This document shows positions 51,440-62,115 of a stretch of DNA of 64,000 nt, in pieces. A program made the position numbers and the translations under genes. Positions within the stretch are counted from its first letter, which is position 1; each line of letters starts with the position of its first letter. Where the stretch lies: assembly GCA_963773065.1 (NCBI GenBank), contig CAVYZN010000008.1:1-64000 (forward strand). The letters run 5' to 3'. This DNA comes from an uncultured Gammaproteobacteria bacterium. Lineage in GTDB: Bacteria; Pseudomonadota; Gammaproteobacteria; UBA9214. The notes beneath the pieces were generated by a model that worked only from the letters and a program-made list of their open reading frames with translations, had not been told where the DNA came from and did no database searches.

Positions 51440-52411
51440 TTGTCAAGGACGTTCGAGCAGGCCGCAGCAAAGTTCGTACTGGAGCACCAGCACAAAGCGC
51501 AGCATCGATGACGACATCGGACGGATCAAGCTGCTCATGCCCTGGATCGGGCAGGAGCCGATTGAGCGGCTCCACCGGGGACCCTTAGAGCCCTGGGTGG
51601 AGCACCGGCGCAAGGAAGGCGCGGCGGCTGGCACCATCAACCACGGTTTGAAGGTGGTGCGGCGGATACTGAACCTCGCGGCAGGCGAGTGGGTTGACGA
51701 GCACGGGCTGACCTGGCTCGCGGGCGCTCCGAAAATCCGGCTGCTGCCGGATACGGAAAAGCGCCAGCCCTATCCGCTCTCTTGGGAGGAGCAGGCAAAG
51801 CTGTTCCAGCACTTGCCGCCGCATCTGGCCGAGATGGCGCTGTTTGCCGTCAACACCGGCTGCCGGGATGGCGAAATCTGCCGCCTGCGGTGGGAATGGG
51901 AAGTGAAGGTTCCCGAGTTCGAGACTTCGGTGTTCATCATACCGGGACGGTATGTGAAGAACGCCGATGACCGGCTGGTGGTGCTGAACCGGATCGCCGC
52001 CTCGGTGGTGGAAGCGCGGCGGGGGAAACATCCCACGCACGTTTTTACCTTCCGGGGGAAGCCGGTCGCGCGACATGCTGAACAGTGCGTGGAGTGCGAG
52101 CGAGAGAGAAAGCAGGCCTGAAACAGGTCCGGGTGCATGATCTCAAGCATACCTTCGGTCGTCGCTTACGCGCCGCCGGGGTGAGCTTTGAAGACCGGCA
52201 GGACCTGCTCGGGCACCGGTCGGGACGGATCACCACGCACTATTCAGCCGCAGAATTATCGCGGCTGATAGAAGCGGCCAACGCGGTGTGTGAGAAAGGA
52301 AACAACTCGGCCCGAACTGGTGGTATTGCGCAGGCTCAGCAGCTCGTAGCCTCACGCAAAACTCACGCAAGGAGATTTTCGAAAGGGACGTTTGTAATGC
52401 TAAGTAGTTGA
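51440..52411 (+). mobile_element. Tyrosine recombinase/phage integrase, 5'-truncated and frameshifted, adjacent to tRNA-Lys
   Basis: Catalytic motifs FAVNTGCR..E, VKN, HDLKHTFGRRL and LLGH...TTHY, spread over three frames. Confidence 0.85.
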
Positions 52412-52416
52412 TTTAA

Positions 52417-52492
52417 TGGTGGGTCGTGAAGGATTCGAACCTTCGACCATCGGATTAAAAGTCCGGTGCTCTACCAACTGAGCTAACGACCC
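52417..52492 (-). tRNA. tRNA-Lys(UUU)
   Basis: GGGTCGTTAGCTCAGTTGGTAGAGCACCGGACTTTTAATCCGATGGTCGAAGGTTCGAATCCTTCACGACCCACCA; 76 nt with encoded CCA. Confidence 0.97.
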
Positions 52493-52594
52493 GGTAAGCG
52501 CTGTCGCGGATGCTGCGGGAATCCCGGTCGGGAGGATGGAATCATACTGGCCTGCGTCGAAAGCGCAAGCCCCGGGGCCCGCCGGAGCCGGGCA

Positions 52595-53293
52595 TCAGTC
52601 CGCCGCCGGCGGGCGGTAGTAGCGGGTGGGGTCGGGAATCCCGGCCTCGCGGAATCCCCGGGCGCGCAGGCGGCAGGAATCGCACGCCCCGCAGGCGCGG
52701 CCCTCGGCGTCGGCCTGGTAGCAGGAGACGGTGAGGCTGTAATCGAGGCCCAGGCGGGCGCCCTCCTGAATGATCCCGGCCTTGCTCAGCCGGATCAGGG
52801 GGGCATGCACGTGAAAGCGCGCGCCCTCGACGCCCGCCCGGGTCGCGAGACCGGCGAGGCGCTCGAAGGCCTCGATGTACTCCGGCCGGCAGTCCGGGTA
52901 GCCGGAATAATCCACCGCATTCACCCCGATAAACAGGTCGCGCGCGCCCAGCACTTCCGCCCACCCCAGCGCCAGCGCCAGGAAGACCGTGTTGCGCGCC
53001 GGCACGTAGGTGACGGGGATGCCGGCGGCGGGCTGCTCGGGTACGGCGATCGTCATATCCGTCAGGGCGGACCCGCCGAACTGTTCGAGGCCGATACGGA
53101 TGAGCCTGTGCTCCACCGCCCCGAGGGTCTGCGCGAGGCGCCGCGCCGCTCGCAGTTCCGCCTGGTGGCGCTGGCCATAGTCGAGGCTCAGGGCATGGCA
53201 CGCATAGCCCTGCTCCACGGCGAGCGCGAGCACGGTCGCGGAATCCAGCCCTCCCGAGAGGAGTACGACGGCTTTTGGGTGGTCCTTGGGCAT
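52595..53293 (-). CDS. queC: 7-cyano-7-deazaguanine synthase
   Basis: SGGLDS, YVPARN, GYPDCRP and CGACDSC motifs. Confidence 0.96.
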   Translation of the reverse strand: MPKDHPKAVVLLSGGLDSATVLALAVEQGYACHALSLDYGQRHQAELRAARRLAQTLGAVEHRLIRIGLEQFGGSALTDMTIAVPEQPAAGIPVTYVPARNTVFLALALGWAEVLGARDLFIGVNAVDYSGYPDCRPEYIEAFERLAGLATRAGVEGARFHVHAPLIRLSKAGIIQEGARLGLDYSLTVSCYQADAEGRACGACDSCRLRARGFREAGIPDPTRYYRPPAAD

Positions 53294-53378
53294 CCTATGA
53301 CAGGGCTTGGTTCGGGCTCATCCGGTGAACTCTTCCATGAGCGTCGGCCGCAGGAAAACATGGATGTTCAAGTGTTGC

Positions 53379-53453
53379 GTGAGGAGCGGGCATGCCCGGC
53401 GCGACATGCTGATGATTAAGCATCGGCAGGTTCGCGGGCAAGCCCGCTCCTAC
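53379..53453. repeat. GTAG-type REP pair (a further copy at 63005-63023)
   Basis: GTGAGGAGCGGGCATGCCCG...GCGGGCAAGCCCGCTCCTAC; GTAGGAGCGGGCTTGCCGC at 63005. Confidence 0.65.
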
Positions 53454-53524
53454 ACCCGATTTATATCGAAAAATTCGTGGTGCCCTCAGTGTCAGGAGGA
53501 AGTATCTGTCGTGTCCGCCATGGT

Positions 53525-54197
53525 TCACCTGCCCCGCGCATTTCCCCACAGTTGCTTGTGCAACTGCAACTGCAGGCGCACCGGCAGGCGGTCATCGAGT
53601 ATCCAGTCCGCCAGTTCCGTGGCATCCTGCTGCCCGTGGCTGGGCGAGAACAGGATTTCACAGGTCGCATCCAGTTGGTAGTGGCCGATGATCTCGCGGG
53701 CCCACTGGTAATCCGCGCGATTACAGATGACGAACTTGACCTGGTCGTTCCGGCCCAGGGCGCCGAGATTCTCGTAGCGGTTGCGTTCCACCTCGCCCGA
53801 TCCGGGCGTCTTCAGGTCCATGACCTTGATCACGCGCGGATCGACCTCGTCCACGGCAAGGGCGCCGCTGGTCTCGAGTGAAACCGTATAGCCGGCATCA
53901 CACAGCTCCCGCAGCAATTTGAGGCAGTCCTTCTGCGCCAGCGGCTCACCGCCCGTCACGGTCACATAACGGGGCCGATACGCGGCGACTCGCGCCAGGA
54001 TGTCCGAGAGCCCCAGCCACTCGCCCGCCTTGAAAGGCGTAACCGGTATCGCAATACCCGCAACGCAGGGGACACCCCGTCAGGCGGATAAAAGCCGTCG
54101 GGCACCCCGCGGTGAGCGACTCGCCCTGCAGGGAATAGAAGATTTCCGTGATCCGCAGGCGATCCTTGCCGGCATGTGGTGTTTCGTCAGCCTGCAT
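53525..54197 (-). CDS. queE: 7-carboxy-7-deazaguanine synthase (radical SAM); frameshift near 54020
   Basis: EIFYSLQGE, CPLRCGYCDT, VTGGEPL, ETSG and QLHK motifs. Confidence 0.92.
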
Positions 54198-54263
54198 AGT
54201 TCCAGAATTTCACCACGGAGACGCATGATGGCGGAGATTGCGACCCCGCGGTGATCCCATCGA

Positions 54264-55112
54264 TTAGTGACCACTCTCGTTCATGCGTTGCAGACGGTCA
54301 CCCGCCAGACGGGCCTCGGTGGTGCCGGGGTAGCCGGTGACCAGGGCGTTCAACTCCTTGCGCGCCGCCGCCCAATCCTGCTTTTCATAATAGATGTAGC
54401 CGATTTTCAGCCGCGCGCCCGGCAGCTTGGGACTTTGCGGATAACCCTGGACCAGCTTGCTGAATGCCGCCAAGGCGCGATCGAAATCCCGGGTGACATA
54501 ATAGGTCTCGCCCAGCCAGTAATAGGCATTGTCGGTAAATCCGCTGCCCGGGTATGTCGCCAGAAACTGGTTGAAGGCGGTGGCCGCATCGGCATAACGC
54601 CCCTCCCGGAGTATCGCCAGCGCCTTTTCGTAATCGGCCTGCTCTTCCGCCGTGCTGACGGGAGGCGCCGCCGGCGCACGCACCGGTGCGGCAACCGGCG
54701 GCGGTGAAACCTCGGGTGCCGCAGCGGCCGGAGCCGGCGGGGCCGCAACAGCCGCAACCGGGGGCGCCGCCGTGGTGGTAGCAGGGGGCGCGGAGGCCGC
54801 CGCGCCGGGAGCCTGACCGGTTTCCAACTGCTGCAGGCGGCGGTCTATATCCAGATAAAGATCACGCTGCCGGCGCTGCATATCCTCCAGTTGGTGAACC
54901 TGTACCTCGATATCGCCGTGCAACTGCTGGACATCGCTCTGCAGCTTTTCAAGCTGGTTGAGCAGATCGATCAGCCCGCGGCCCTCGAGCTGGCGTTCGA
55001 TGCGATCGAGCCGTTCCTGGGTCGAGAGATCACTGGCCGAGTGGACCGGAGACACCAGCGCGGCGGCAAGCACCGCCGCACCGAACACTGCCTTGTTGCC
55101 GCAGCCGCGCAT
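54264..55112 (-). CDS. cpoB: Tol-Pal protein CpoB/YbgF
   Basis: Coiled coil, Pro/Ala linker and TPR domain (NAYYWLGE); lies downstream of pal. Confidence 0.92.
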   Translation of the reverse strand: MRGCGNKAVFGAAVLAAALVSPVHSASDLSTQERLDRIERQLEGRGLIDLLNQLEKLQSDVQQLHGDIEVQVHQLEDMQRRQRDLYLDIDRRLQQLETGQAPGAAASAPPATTTAAPPVAAVAAPPAPAAAAPEVSPPPVAAPVRAPAAPPVSTAEEQADYEKALAILREGRYADAATAFNQFLATYPGSGFTDNAYYWLGETYYVTRDFDRALAAFSKLVQGYPQSPKLPGARLKIGYIYYEKQDWAAARKELNALVTGYPGTTEARLAGDRLQRMNESGH

Positions 55113-55113
55113 G

Positions 55114-55638
55114 TCAGTAGCCGACGTAGACGATCTCGACACGGCGGTTCAGCCGGTAGGCCGCCTCGCTATGCCCCTCGGCCGCCGGCTTTTCCTCGCC
55201 GTAACTGACGACGCTGATCTGCTGTGCCGCGACACCCTGCAATTCAAGGGCGCGCTTTATACCCTGGGCGCGCCGGTCACCCAGGCCGATGTTGTATTCA
55301 GGCGAACCGCGCTCATCCGCGTGCCCTTCCAGGGTCACCATCTGCTCGGGGTGGGCGGACAGATAACCCGCGTGTGCGGTGATCAGTTCCTGGTCTTCCG
55401 GCAGGATAGTGTCGCTGTCGTATTCGAAGTAGATGACGCGGCGCGACAAGGGGCTGTTCGGATCGGTCAGCGAAGCGCCGGCATACGAGCCGGTACCGGC
55501 AGCCCCGCTGGTCTCCGCGCCGCCCCCCATACTGCGATCCTCGACCGCGGCGCCGCCGCCCTTTTTGGCGGCCGTGCTGCAGCCGGCCAGCACGGCAACC
55601 AGCGCCAGGGCGATAAAACTGTTCATCTGAGGTTTCAT
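55114..55638 (-). CDS. pal: Peptidoglycan-associated lipoprotein
   Basis: LAGC lipobox; EGHADERG..EYN, SYGEEKP and NRRVE motifs. Confidence 0.96.
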   Translation of the reverse strand: MKPQMNSFIALALVAVLAGCSTAAKKGGGAAVEDRSMGGGAETSGAAGTGSYAGASLTDPNSPLSRRVIYFEYDSDTILPEDQELITAHAGYLSAHPEQMVTLEGHADERGSPEYNIGLGDRRAQGIKRALELQGVAAQQISVVSYGEEKPAAEGHSEAAYRLNRRVEIVYVGY

Positions 55639-55686
55639 TGCTTTTTCTCCTGAGTTTGGAAAGACACACTAGTGTTGAAACAATCC

Positions 55687-56986
55687 TTATCTCCGCTGGT
55701 AGGGAGACCAGACCGGTTCACGGACATTTCCCGCCTGCAGCGACAGCCGCTGGCGAAAACGGCCGTCCGTGGACACGGCCGACAGCACACCCCGGTTGCC
55801 CGCCTCGGTGGCATAGATGATCATGCTGCCATTAGGCGAGAAACTGGGAGATTCATCAAGGGTCCCGTCGGTCAGCACCCGCAGCAGGCCCGAATCGAGA
55901 TCGAGCACGGCGATCCGGTACGCCCCGTCCTCGCCGTGCACCATAGCAAGTTTACGGCCATCCGGCGAGTAATCCGCCCCGGCATTGTATTTGCCGTCAA
56001 ACGTCAGGCGCTGCGGCTGTCCACCCGCAGGCGGCAATCCGGTATAACTGCGGGGAACCGCCGCGGTCCGAGGTGAACACGATGCTCTTGCCATCCGGCG
56101 CCCAGACCGGTTCGGTATCGATGGCGGGGCTGTTGGTCAGCCGCTTGAGGGCCTTGGAATTCAGGTCCATGACGTAGATTTCCGGGTTGCCATCCTGCGA
56201 CAGAGTCAATGCCAGGCGTTGTCCGTCCGGGGCCCAGGCGGGCGCGCCGTTGATGCCCGGAAAGGAGGCCACCTTGCGCCGGGAGCCCGAGGCGACATCC
56301 TGCAGATAGATCTCCGCGGCCTTCTTCTCGAAGGTGACATAGGCGATCTGCCTGCCGTCCGCCGACCACGCCGGCGACATCAGCGGCTGGTTGGAACGCA
56401 GGATCGTCTGGGGACTATAGCCGTCCGAGTCGGCCACCAGCAGAGTATAGGATTTTGCCGCGCCCGATCCGTCCGTGGTGATATAGGCGATCTGCGTATT
56501 GAAGGCGCCCTTTTCACCGGTAAGCTGCTCGTAGATCAGATCACTGATGTGATGGGCCACCCGCCGCAAGTCGGCGCGGCTGGCCGGGAAGCTGTAGCCG
56601 ATAAGCTGGTTGCTGCGAAATACATCCAGCAGTTGAAACTGGACATTGTATTGCTGCGCTCCGGCTTCGCTGACCTTGCCGATCACCATGTCATCGACAT
56701 TGAGCATGCGCCAGGTCTGATACTGCACCTGGGCGATGTCGGTTGGCCGGGAGACCAGTTCGCTATCGGGCAGCGGCGCGAACCGCCCGCTGCGACTGAG
56801 GTCGGAGGAGATGATCGCGGCGACATTCTCCGGCGCCGGGCCGCCGGAACCAGACCCGCCGAAGGGGATCACGGCTATGGGTATCGCGCCTTCCATGCCC
56901 TTGGTAATTTCGATGGTAAGGTCGCTGTAAACCGGCCGCGCCAGCAGCAGTAGAAGGAGTAACAGGGGTCGTCGATAAGGTTTCAC
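55687..56986 (-). CDS. tolB: TolB; frameshift near 56030
   Basis: PIAVIPF, DLSRSGRF and GAFNTQIAY motifs; WD40-like PAWS/PSFS repeats. Confidence 0.93.
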
Positions 56987-57005
56987 GGGTTCTCGGTTTC
57001 CTGGT

Positions 57006-57884
57006 TCAGTTGGGTTTAAAGATCAGACGCAGATCGCGGAAATGCTTGAACAGGGCCGCATCCGGCGGCAGCGGCAAGGGGGACGCCTTGTAGACGGCCG
57101 TCTCGACGGAGCGATCGAATACCGGATCGCCGCTGCTGCGCACGATCTCCACGCGGGCGACATCCCCGCCGGGAATCAGGCTGACCTGCACCACGCAGGA
57201 CAGGCCCGCGGCGCTGCCCGGAGGACGCAGCCAACTGCGCTGAATCCGTTCCTGGATATAAGCAATGTATTCGTTCACGACGCCTTGGACGCGCCCCGCC
57301 TCCATGCGATCCTGCTCCGCGGCCAGTTGCGACTGCAGCGCCTGTTCCGACTCACGCCGCTGCGCTTCCTCCGCCTTGCGTTTCTGGTCCGACTCGGCCT
57401 TGCGCTTGGCCTCCAGATCGGCCTGACGCTTGCGCTCGGCTTCCGCCTTCTGCTTGGCCGCCTGCTCGGCTTTCTGCTTGGCCGCCTGCTCGGCCTGCTG
57501 CTTCGCCTCCAGCTCGGCCTGGCGCTTGCGTTCGGCTTCCGCTTTCTGTTTGGCCGCCTGCTCGGCTTTCTGCTTCGCTGCCTGCTCTGCCTGCTGCTTG
57601 CGCGCCGCCTCGGCCTGGCGCTGTTCCTCGGCCTGGCGTTGCTCCTCGAGCGCCGCCTGGCGCTTGGCTTCCTCGATCTTGCGCTGCTCCGCCTGCTTCT
57701 TTTCCGCCGCGGCATCCAGTTGCCGCTGATCGACCAGCTCGGCCGGTATCGGCACCTGCTGACCGGCGGGGCGGCTGATCTTGGGCGTCCAGTCGAGACT
57801 GAAAACCAGCAGCGCCAGCAGTATCAGGTGCATCAGCACCGCGTACATCACGGCGCGCGGATTCTCGCGTATGGCCTGCCACAT
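57006..57884 (-). CDS. tolA: TolA
   Basis: N-terminal TM with His; Ala/Glu/Lys/Gln-rich helix; SSGDPVFDRS C-domain. Confidence 0.9.
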   Translation of the reverse strand: MWQAIRENPRAVMYAVLMHLILLALLVFSLDWTPKISRPAGQQVPIPAELVDQRQLDAAAEKKQAEQRKIEEAKRQAALEEQRQAEEQRQAEAARKQQAEQAAKQKAEQAAKQKAEAERKRQAELEAKQQAEQAAKQKAEQAAKQKAEAERKRQADLEAKRKAESDQKRKAEEAQRRESEQALQSQLAAEQDRMEAGRVQGVVNEYIAYIQERIQRSWLRPPGSAAGLSCVVQVSLIPGGDVARVEIVRSSGDPVFDRSVETAVYKASPLPLPPDAALFKHFRDLRLIFKPN

Positions 57885-58321
57885 GATGCCGCTATTCGCC
57901 TTCCGGGGGTTCGCGTAACCAGCCCCACGCTGGGCGCGCCGGCCTGCTGCAACAGCACCATGGCCGCTATCACGCTGCCATAGTCCGCCGCCTTGTCGCC
58001 TCGTACCAGCACGCTCGTGTCCTGCCGGCGGTGCAGCACCGCCGCCACGCGCTGCTTGAGGTCATCCCCGCTGATGGGCTTGCCCGGGTCATCCGCGATA
58101 TTGAGATACAGGTTCCCGGCCGCGTCCACGTTGACCACCAGCGGTTCCTGCTGCTCGGGCGGCAGGGCTTCGGCGCTCGCCTCGGGCAGGTCCACCTTGA
58201 CACCCTGCGTCAACAAGGGCGCCGTGATCATGAAGATAACCAGCATGACCAGCATGACGTCGATATACGGCACGACGTTGATTTCAGCCATGGGGCGTTT
58301 GCGAACTCGATGGCGTGCCAT
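57848..58321 (-). CDS. tolR: TolR (3' end possibly frameshifted)
   Basis: EINVVPYIDVMLVMLVIFMITAP and VRGDK..YG motifs. Confidence 0.93.
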   Translation of the reverse strand: MARHRVRKRPMAEINVVPYIDVMLVMLVIFMITAPLLTQGVKVDLPEASAEALPPEQQEPLVVNVDAAGNLYLNIADDPGKPISGDDLKQRVAAVLHRRQDTSVLVRGDKAADYGSVIAAMVLLQQAGAPSVGLVTRTPGRRIAASCGRPYARIRAP

Positions 58322-58389
58322 ATTAGTCCATTCCCCTCGTGCCGTTAATCACTTCCGCTCACCTTAGTTTGCGCTTCAGGAACAGGCAT

Positions 58390-59064
58390 TCAAGCGTGCG
58401 CCTGGCGTTGCAGGATGGTCGAGAATTCCTCGAGAAAATTGTCGTAGCGGTTGATCAGCCGTTCCACGTCGTTTGAATAGCGGTTGTAGGCAATCACCGC
58501 CGGTATGGCGGCGAACAGGCCCATCGCCGTGGCGATCAGGGCTTCCGCGATGCCGGGCGCCACCATCGCAAGGGTTGCCTGCTGCGCATTGCCCAGGCCG
58601 CGGAACGCATTCATGATGCCCCACACGGTGCCGAAGAGACCGACGTAGGGACTGGTCGAGCCGACCGTGGCCAGAAACGAGAGGTGCGTCTCCAGTTCGT
58701 CCGTTTCCCGTGACAGAACCACGCGCATCACCCGTTGCGCGCCTTCCACGACGGCCCGCGGTTCGACGCCGAGCTGCTTGTGCAGCCGGGCAAATTCACT
58801 GAACCCGGCATGAAAGATTCCGGCCATGCCAATGGCGTCATCTTCCTGCTTGGACACCTCGCGATACAGCGCTCCCAAATCACCACCGGACCAGAACCGG
58901 CGCTCGAATTCATCCGCGGCCAGACGCGCCTCCCGCAGCACGGCACGCCGCCTGAAGATCATGGTCCAGGACACCATCGAAACCGTCAGCAGCAACACCA
59001 TCACCAGTTGCACCACGGTGCTGGCGCCTGAAATCAGGTGAAAAAATGACATGTCAGTCGACAT
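58390..59064 (-). CDS. tolQ: TolQ
   Basis: SPYVGLFGTVWGIM and APGIAEALIATA motifs. Confidence 0.96.
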   Translation of the reverse strand: MSTDMSFFHLISGASTVVQLVMVLLLTVSMVSWTMIFRRRAVLREARLAADEFERRFWSGGDLGALYREVSKQEDDAIGMAGIFHAGFSEFARLHKQLGVEPRAVVEGAQRVMRVVLSRETDELETHLSFLATVGSTSPYVGLFGTVWGIMNAFRGLGNAQQATLAMVAPGIAEALIATAMGLFAAIPAVIAYNRYSNDVERLINRYDNFLEEFSTILQRQAHA

Positions 59065-59467
59065 GCGGTATCTCCTTCAAGATAAATTCGGGGATAGGCC
59101 GGGATCTGAAAGACGCCGCATCCAGGCAGGCGATCCGGATGCTCGCGGTGCACAGGGGTCCGTGGGCGTCACCGTGGCGGCTGACCACCTGTTCAAATGA
59201 CAGGCTGGCGCGGCGGCGTTCCCGCAGGCGCACGCTCACTTCAAGCAGATCATTGAAACGGGCGGGTCGCAGGTATTCCAGGCTGGCGGATCTTACCGCA
59301 AACAAGATCCCTTCATCCCCAATCAATGCATCCTGTTCAAAACCCAGCCTGCGCAACCATTCCGTCCGTGCCCGCTCCATAAACCGCAGATAGTTGGCGT
59401 AATAAACCACGCCGCCGCTGTCTGTATCCTCGTAATAGACGCGTACCGTCCATTGAAAATCAGTCAC
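59054..59467 (-). CDS. ybgC: Tol-Pal-associated acyl-CoA thioesterase
   Basis: RVYYEDTDSGGVVYYANYLRFMERAR. Confidence 0.93.
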   Translation of the reverse strand: MTDFQWTVRVYYEDTDSGGVVYYANYLRFMERARTEWLRRLGFEQDALIGDEGILFAVRSASLEYLRPARFNDLLEVSVRLRERRRASLSFEQVVSRHGDAHGPLCTASIRIACLDAASFRSRPIPEFILKEIPHVD

Positions 59468-59589
59468 CGGCAAATAGTTCCCCTCCAATGACCGCGGGCC
59501 GGCGCATGAACTCCCTGGAGACGGCGCCCGCCGGGCAATGACTGTCACCGGCACGACGGAAGTCTCCTGCCTGGCGTGTAGCTATCTGA

Positions 59590-60639
59590 CTACCGGCCGT
59601 TCGGGAATAATTCAAGCGCATCGGCTGCGGATTGTGCGGCAGGCGGCTTGAGACCGCAATGCAGGTAGGCAGTGCGCGTCGCCATGCGCCCGCGCGGGGT
59701 GCGCATGAGGTAACCCTGCTGAATCAGGTAAGGTTCCAGCACATCCTCGATGGTGCCGCGTTCCTCCCCGATGGCGGCGGAAAGATTGTCCACGCCCACC
59801 GGGCCGCCGTCGAATTTCTCGATGATGGTCAGCAGCAATTTGCGGTCCTGGGCATCGAAGCCCTGCTTGTCCACATTCAGCATGTCCATGGCCAGCGCGG
59901 CGACCGTGGTGTTGATCCGCCCGTCCGCCTTGACCTCGGCGTAATCACGCACGCGGCGCAACAGGCGGTTGGCGATGCGCGGTGTGCCGCGCGAGCGCTG
60001 CGCCAGCTCCATCGCCCCGGCCGCGTCGATTTCGATGCCGAGTATCCCGGCGGCGCGGCGCAAGATGGTCGACAGATCCGCCGTCGTGTAGAACTCGAGC
60101 CGCTGCACGATGCCGAAACGGTCACGCAATGGCGATGTCAATAACCCGGCGCGCGTGGTGGCGCCAACCAGGGTGAAGGGAGGCAGATCCAGCTTGATGG
60201 AGCGCGCCGCCGGCCCCTCGCCGATCATGATATCGAGCTGGAAGTCTTCCATGGCCGGATAGAGGATTTCCTCGACCACCGGGCTCAGCCGATGGATCTC
60301 GTCCACGAACAGGACATCGTTGGCTTCGAGATTGGTCAGCAGGGCGGCGAGATCCCCGGGGCGCTCCAGCACCGGCCCGGCGGTATGGCGCAGGTGGACA
60401 CCCATCTCGTTGGCGATGATATGCGCCAGCGTGGTCTTGCCCAGGCCCGGCGGGCCGAAGATCAGGGTGTGGTCCAGCGCCTCGCCCCGCCGACGCGCCG
60501 CCCTGATGAAAATGTCCATCTGTTCAGATACCTGCGGCTGACCCACGTAGTCCTGCAGCGATTGCGGGCGAACGCTGCGGTCGAGGATCTCATCATCCTG
60601 CGTGCCTTGCGGGGTAACCAGGCGGTCGGCTTCGATCAT
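59590..60639 (-). CDS. ruvB: Holliday junction helicase RuvB
   Basis: [22 protein letters not shown] and [11 protein letters not shown] motifs. Confidence 0.98.
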   Translation of the reverse strand: MIEADRLVTPQGTQDDEILDRSVRPQSLQDYVGQPQVSEQMDIFIRAARRRGEALDHTLIFGPPGLGKTTLAHIIANEMGVHLRHTAGPVLERPGDLAALLTNLEANDVLFVDEIHRLSPVVEEILYPAMEDFQLDIMIGEGPAARSIKLDLPPFTLVGATTRAGLLTSPLRDRFGIVQRLEFYTTADLSTILRRAAGILGIEIDAAGAMELAQRSRGTPRIANRLLRRVRDYAEVKADGRINTTVAALAMDMLNVDKQGFDAQDRKLLLTIIEKFDGGPVGVDNLSAAIGEERGTIEDVLEPYLIQQGYLMRTPRGRMATRTAYLHCGLKPPAAQSAADALELFPNGR

Positions 60640-60677
60640 AGGCGCTAAGTGTCGGCTCTCCCGCGGCCCGAATCAAG

Positions 60678-61280
60678 CTATTGAACGCTGGCCTGCAAGG
60701 CCGTGCGTATGATCTCCTCGGAGGACAATTCCGCGGTGTCGATGGCGCGCACCATGCGGCTGGCCTCCTGTGGCTTGTAACCCAGCCCGATGAGGGCCGT
60801 GACCGCATCCTCCAGGGGAGTGGCCGGCGCACGGACGGCGCCTCCGGCCGCCTGGCCTGACGGCCTGGTCACGGCCATGGCGTCCAGCCGGTCGCGCATT
60901 TCCATGACGAGCCGCTCGGCCGTCTTCCGGCCCACCCCCGGCAGGCGCACCAGCGTCGCAATATCCGCGGCCTGGATGCAGCACGCAAAGGTGGCGGCAT
61001 CCATGCCGGAAAGAATCGCCAGCGCCAGCTTGGCGCCGACGCCATTGACGCGCAGCAGATGTCGGAACAGATCCCGGTCCATGACCTTTGCAAAACCGTA
61101 CAGCACGTGGGCATCCTCGCGCACGACCAGGTGGGTATGGAGCGTCGCCTCGGAACCCGTGGCCGGCAGTTCATGGAATGTCGTGAGGGTCGCTTCCAGT
61201 TCGTAGCCGACGCCCTGCACGTCGAGCAGCAGGTGCGGCGGCTGCTTGTAGAGGATCCTGCCGCGCAGCAACCCGATCAT
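60678..61280 (-). CDS. ruvA: RuvA
   Basis: GVGYE, VRED, GVGAKLA and [10 protein letters not shown] motifs. Confidence 0.96.
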   Translation of the reverse strand: MIGLLRGRILYKQPPHLLLDVQGVGYELEATLTTFHELPATGSEATLHTHLVVREDAHVLYGFAKVMDRDLFRHLLRVNGVGAKLALAILSGMDAATFACCIQAADIATLVRLPGVGRKTAERLVMEMRDRLDAMAVTRPSGQAAGGAVRAPATPLEDAVTALIGLGYKPQEASRMVRAIDTAELSSEEIIRTALQASVQ

Positions 61281-61795
61281 GCGGCGGGCCCCCCTGCGCA
61301 AGAGCGCAGGGCGGCGATGCGCTGGCGTGTCTGGCGGATGTGGCCATGGCAAATCGCCACGGCCAGGGCATCGGCGGCGTCGCTCGGCGGCCGCTTGCCG
61401 AGTGCGAGCAACACGCAGATCATGTGCTGGACCTGTTCCTTGCTCGCGCCGCCCTTGCCTACCACGGCCTGCTTGATCTCCCGGGCGGCGTATTCATCGA
61501 CCGGCACCGTGCGGGTGACGCCGGCACAGATCGCGGCGCCCCGGGCTTGGCCCAGTTTCAGGGCGGAATCCGCGTTCTTGTTCATGAACACCCGTTCGAT
61601 CGCCATTTCCTCCGGCCGGTAGTCATCGATAATCCGGCTTACCCCTTCGAAGATCATCCCCAGCCGGGCGGCGAGCGCATCGCCCTGGATACGGATACAG
61701 CCGCTCGCCACGTAACGGATCCGCTGACCGTCCTGGTCGATGATCCCGTAGCCGGTGACGCACGACCCGGGATCGATGCCGATGATCCGGGTCAT
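61277..61795 (-). CDS. ruvC: RuvC resolvase
   Basis: IGIDPG, KLGQARG and DAADALAVA motifs. Confidence 0.97.
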   Translation of the reverse strand: MTRIIGIDPGSCVTGYGIIDQDGQRIRYVASGCIRIQGDALAARLGMIFEGVSRIIDDYRPEEMAIERVFMNKNADSALKLGQARGAAICAGVTRTVPVDEYAAREIKQAVVGKGGASKEQVQHMICVLLALGKRPPSDAADALAVAICHGHIRQTRQRIAALRSCAGGPAA

Positions 61796-61879
61796 GCGGC
61801 CCGATCGCCCGTTTGTGGCGCTCTGTTGAAAATCATCACCAAACTATTTTCTCATGCCTCTCGTTGAACCGGTTTTTTC

Positions 61880-62092
61880 ACCGCAAAGACGCAAAGTTCG
61901 CAAAGAAATTCTTTAACAAAATCAATTAAGCAAGCTCTGATTAACTGAATGTATTTGTCATTGCAAGCTCAGCGCGGCAATCTGCAAGGTTGATATCCGC
62001 TCGCTTGGAGATTGCTTCGTCACTTCGTTCCTCGCAATGACGAATCAACTTGAGATTCCTTAATCAACTTTGCGACTTTGCGTCTTTGCGGT
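61880..62092. repeat. Nested inverted-repeat element between yebC and ruvC
   Basis: Outer pair ACCGCAAAGACGCAAAGTTCGCAAAG / CTTTGCGACTTTGCGTCTTTGCGGT. Inner element GTCATTGCAAG..GCAATCT...AGATTGC..CTCGCAATGAC (61957-62041). Confidence 0.8.
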
Positions 62093-62115
62093 ACATGACT
62101 CGGTGAATTTCCGGA

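Noticed and set aside
52595-54197. queC/queE as a 7-deazaguanine DNA-modification or defence system
   Set aside because: Standard housekeeping position after tol-pal-cpoB; no dpd or other defence genes nearby.
53960-56100. Programmed frameshifting or pseudogenisation of queE and tolB
   Set aside because: No clear slippery site was noticed, and similar indels occur throughout the window, so sequencing error is more parsimonious.
57340-57720. Tandem repeats within tolA
   Set aside because: Normal low-complexity helical domain II of TolA.
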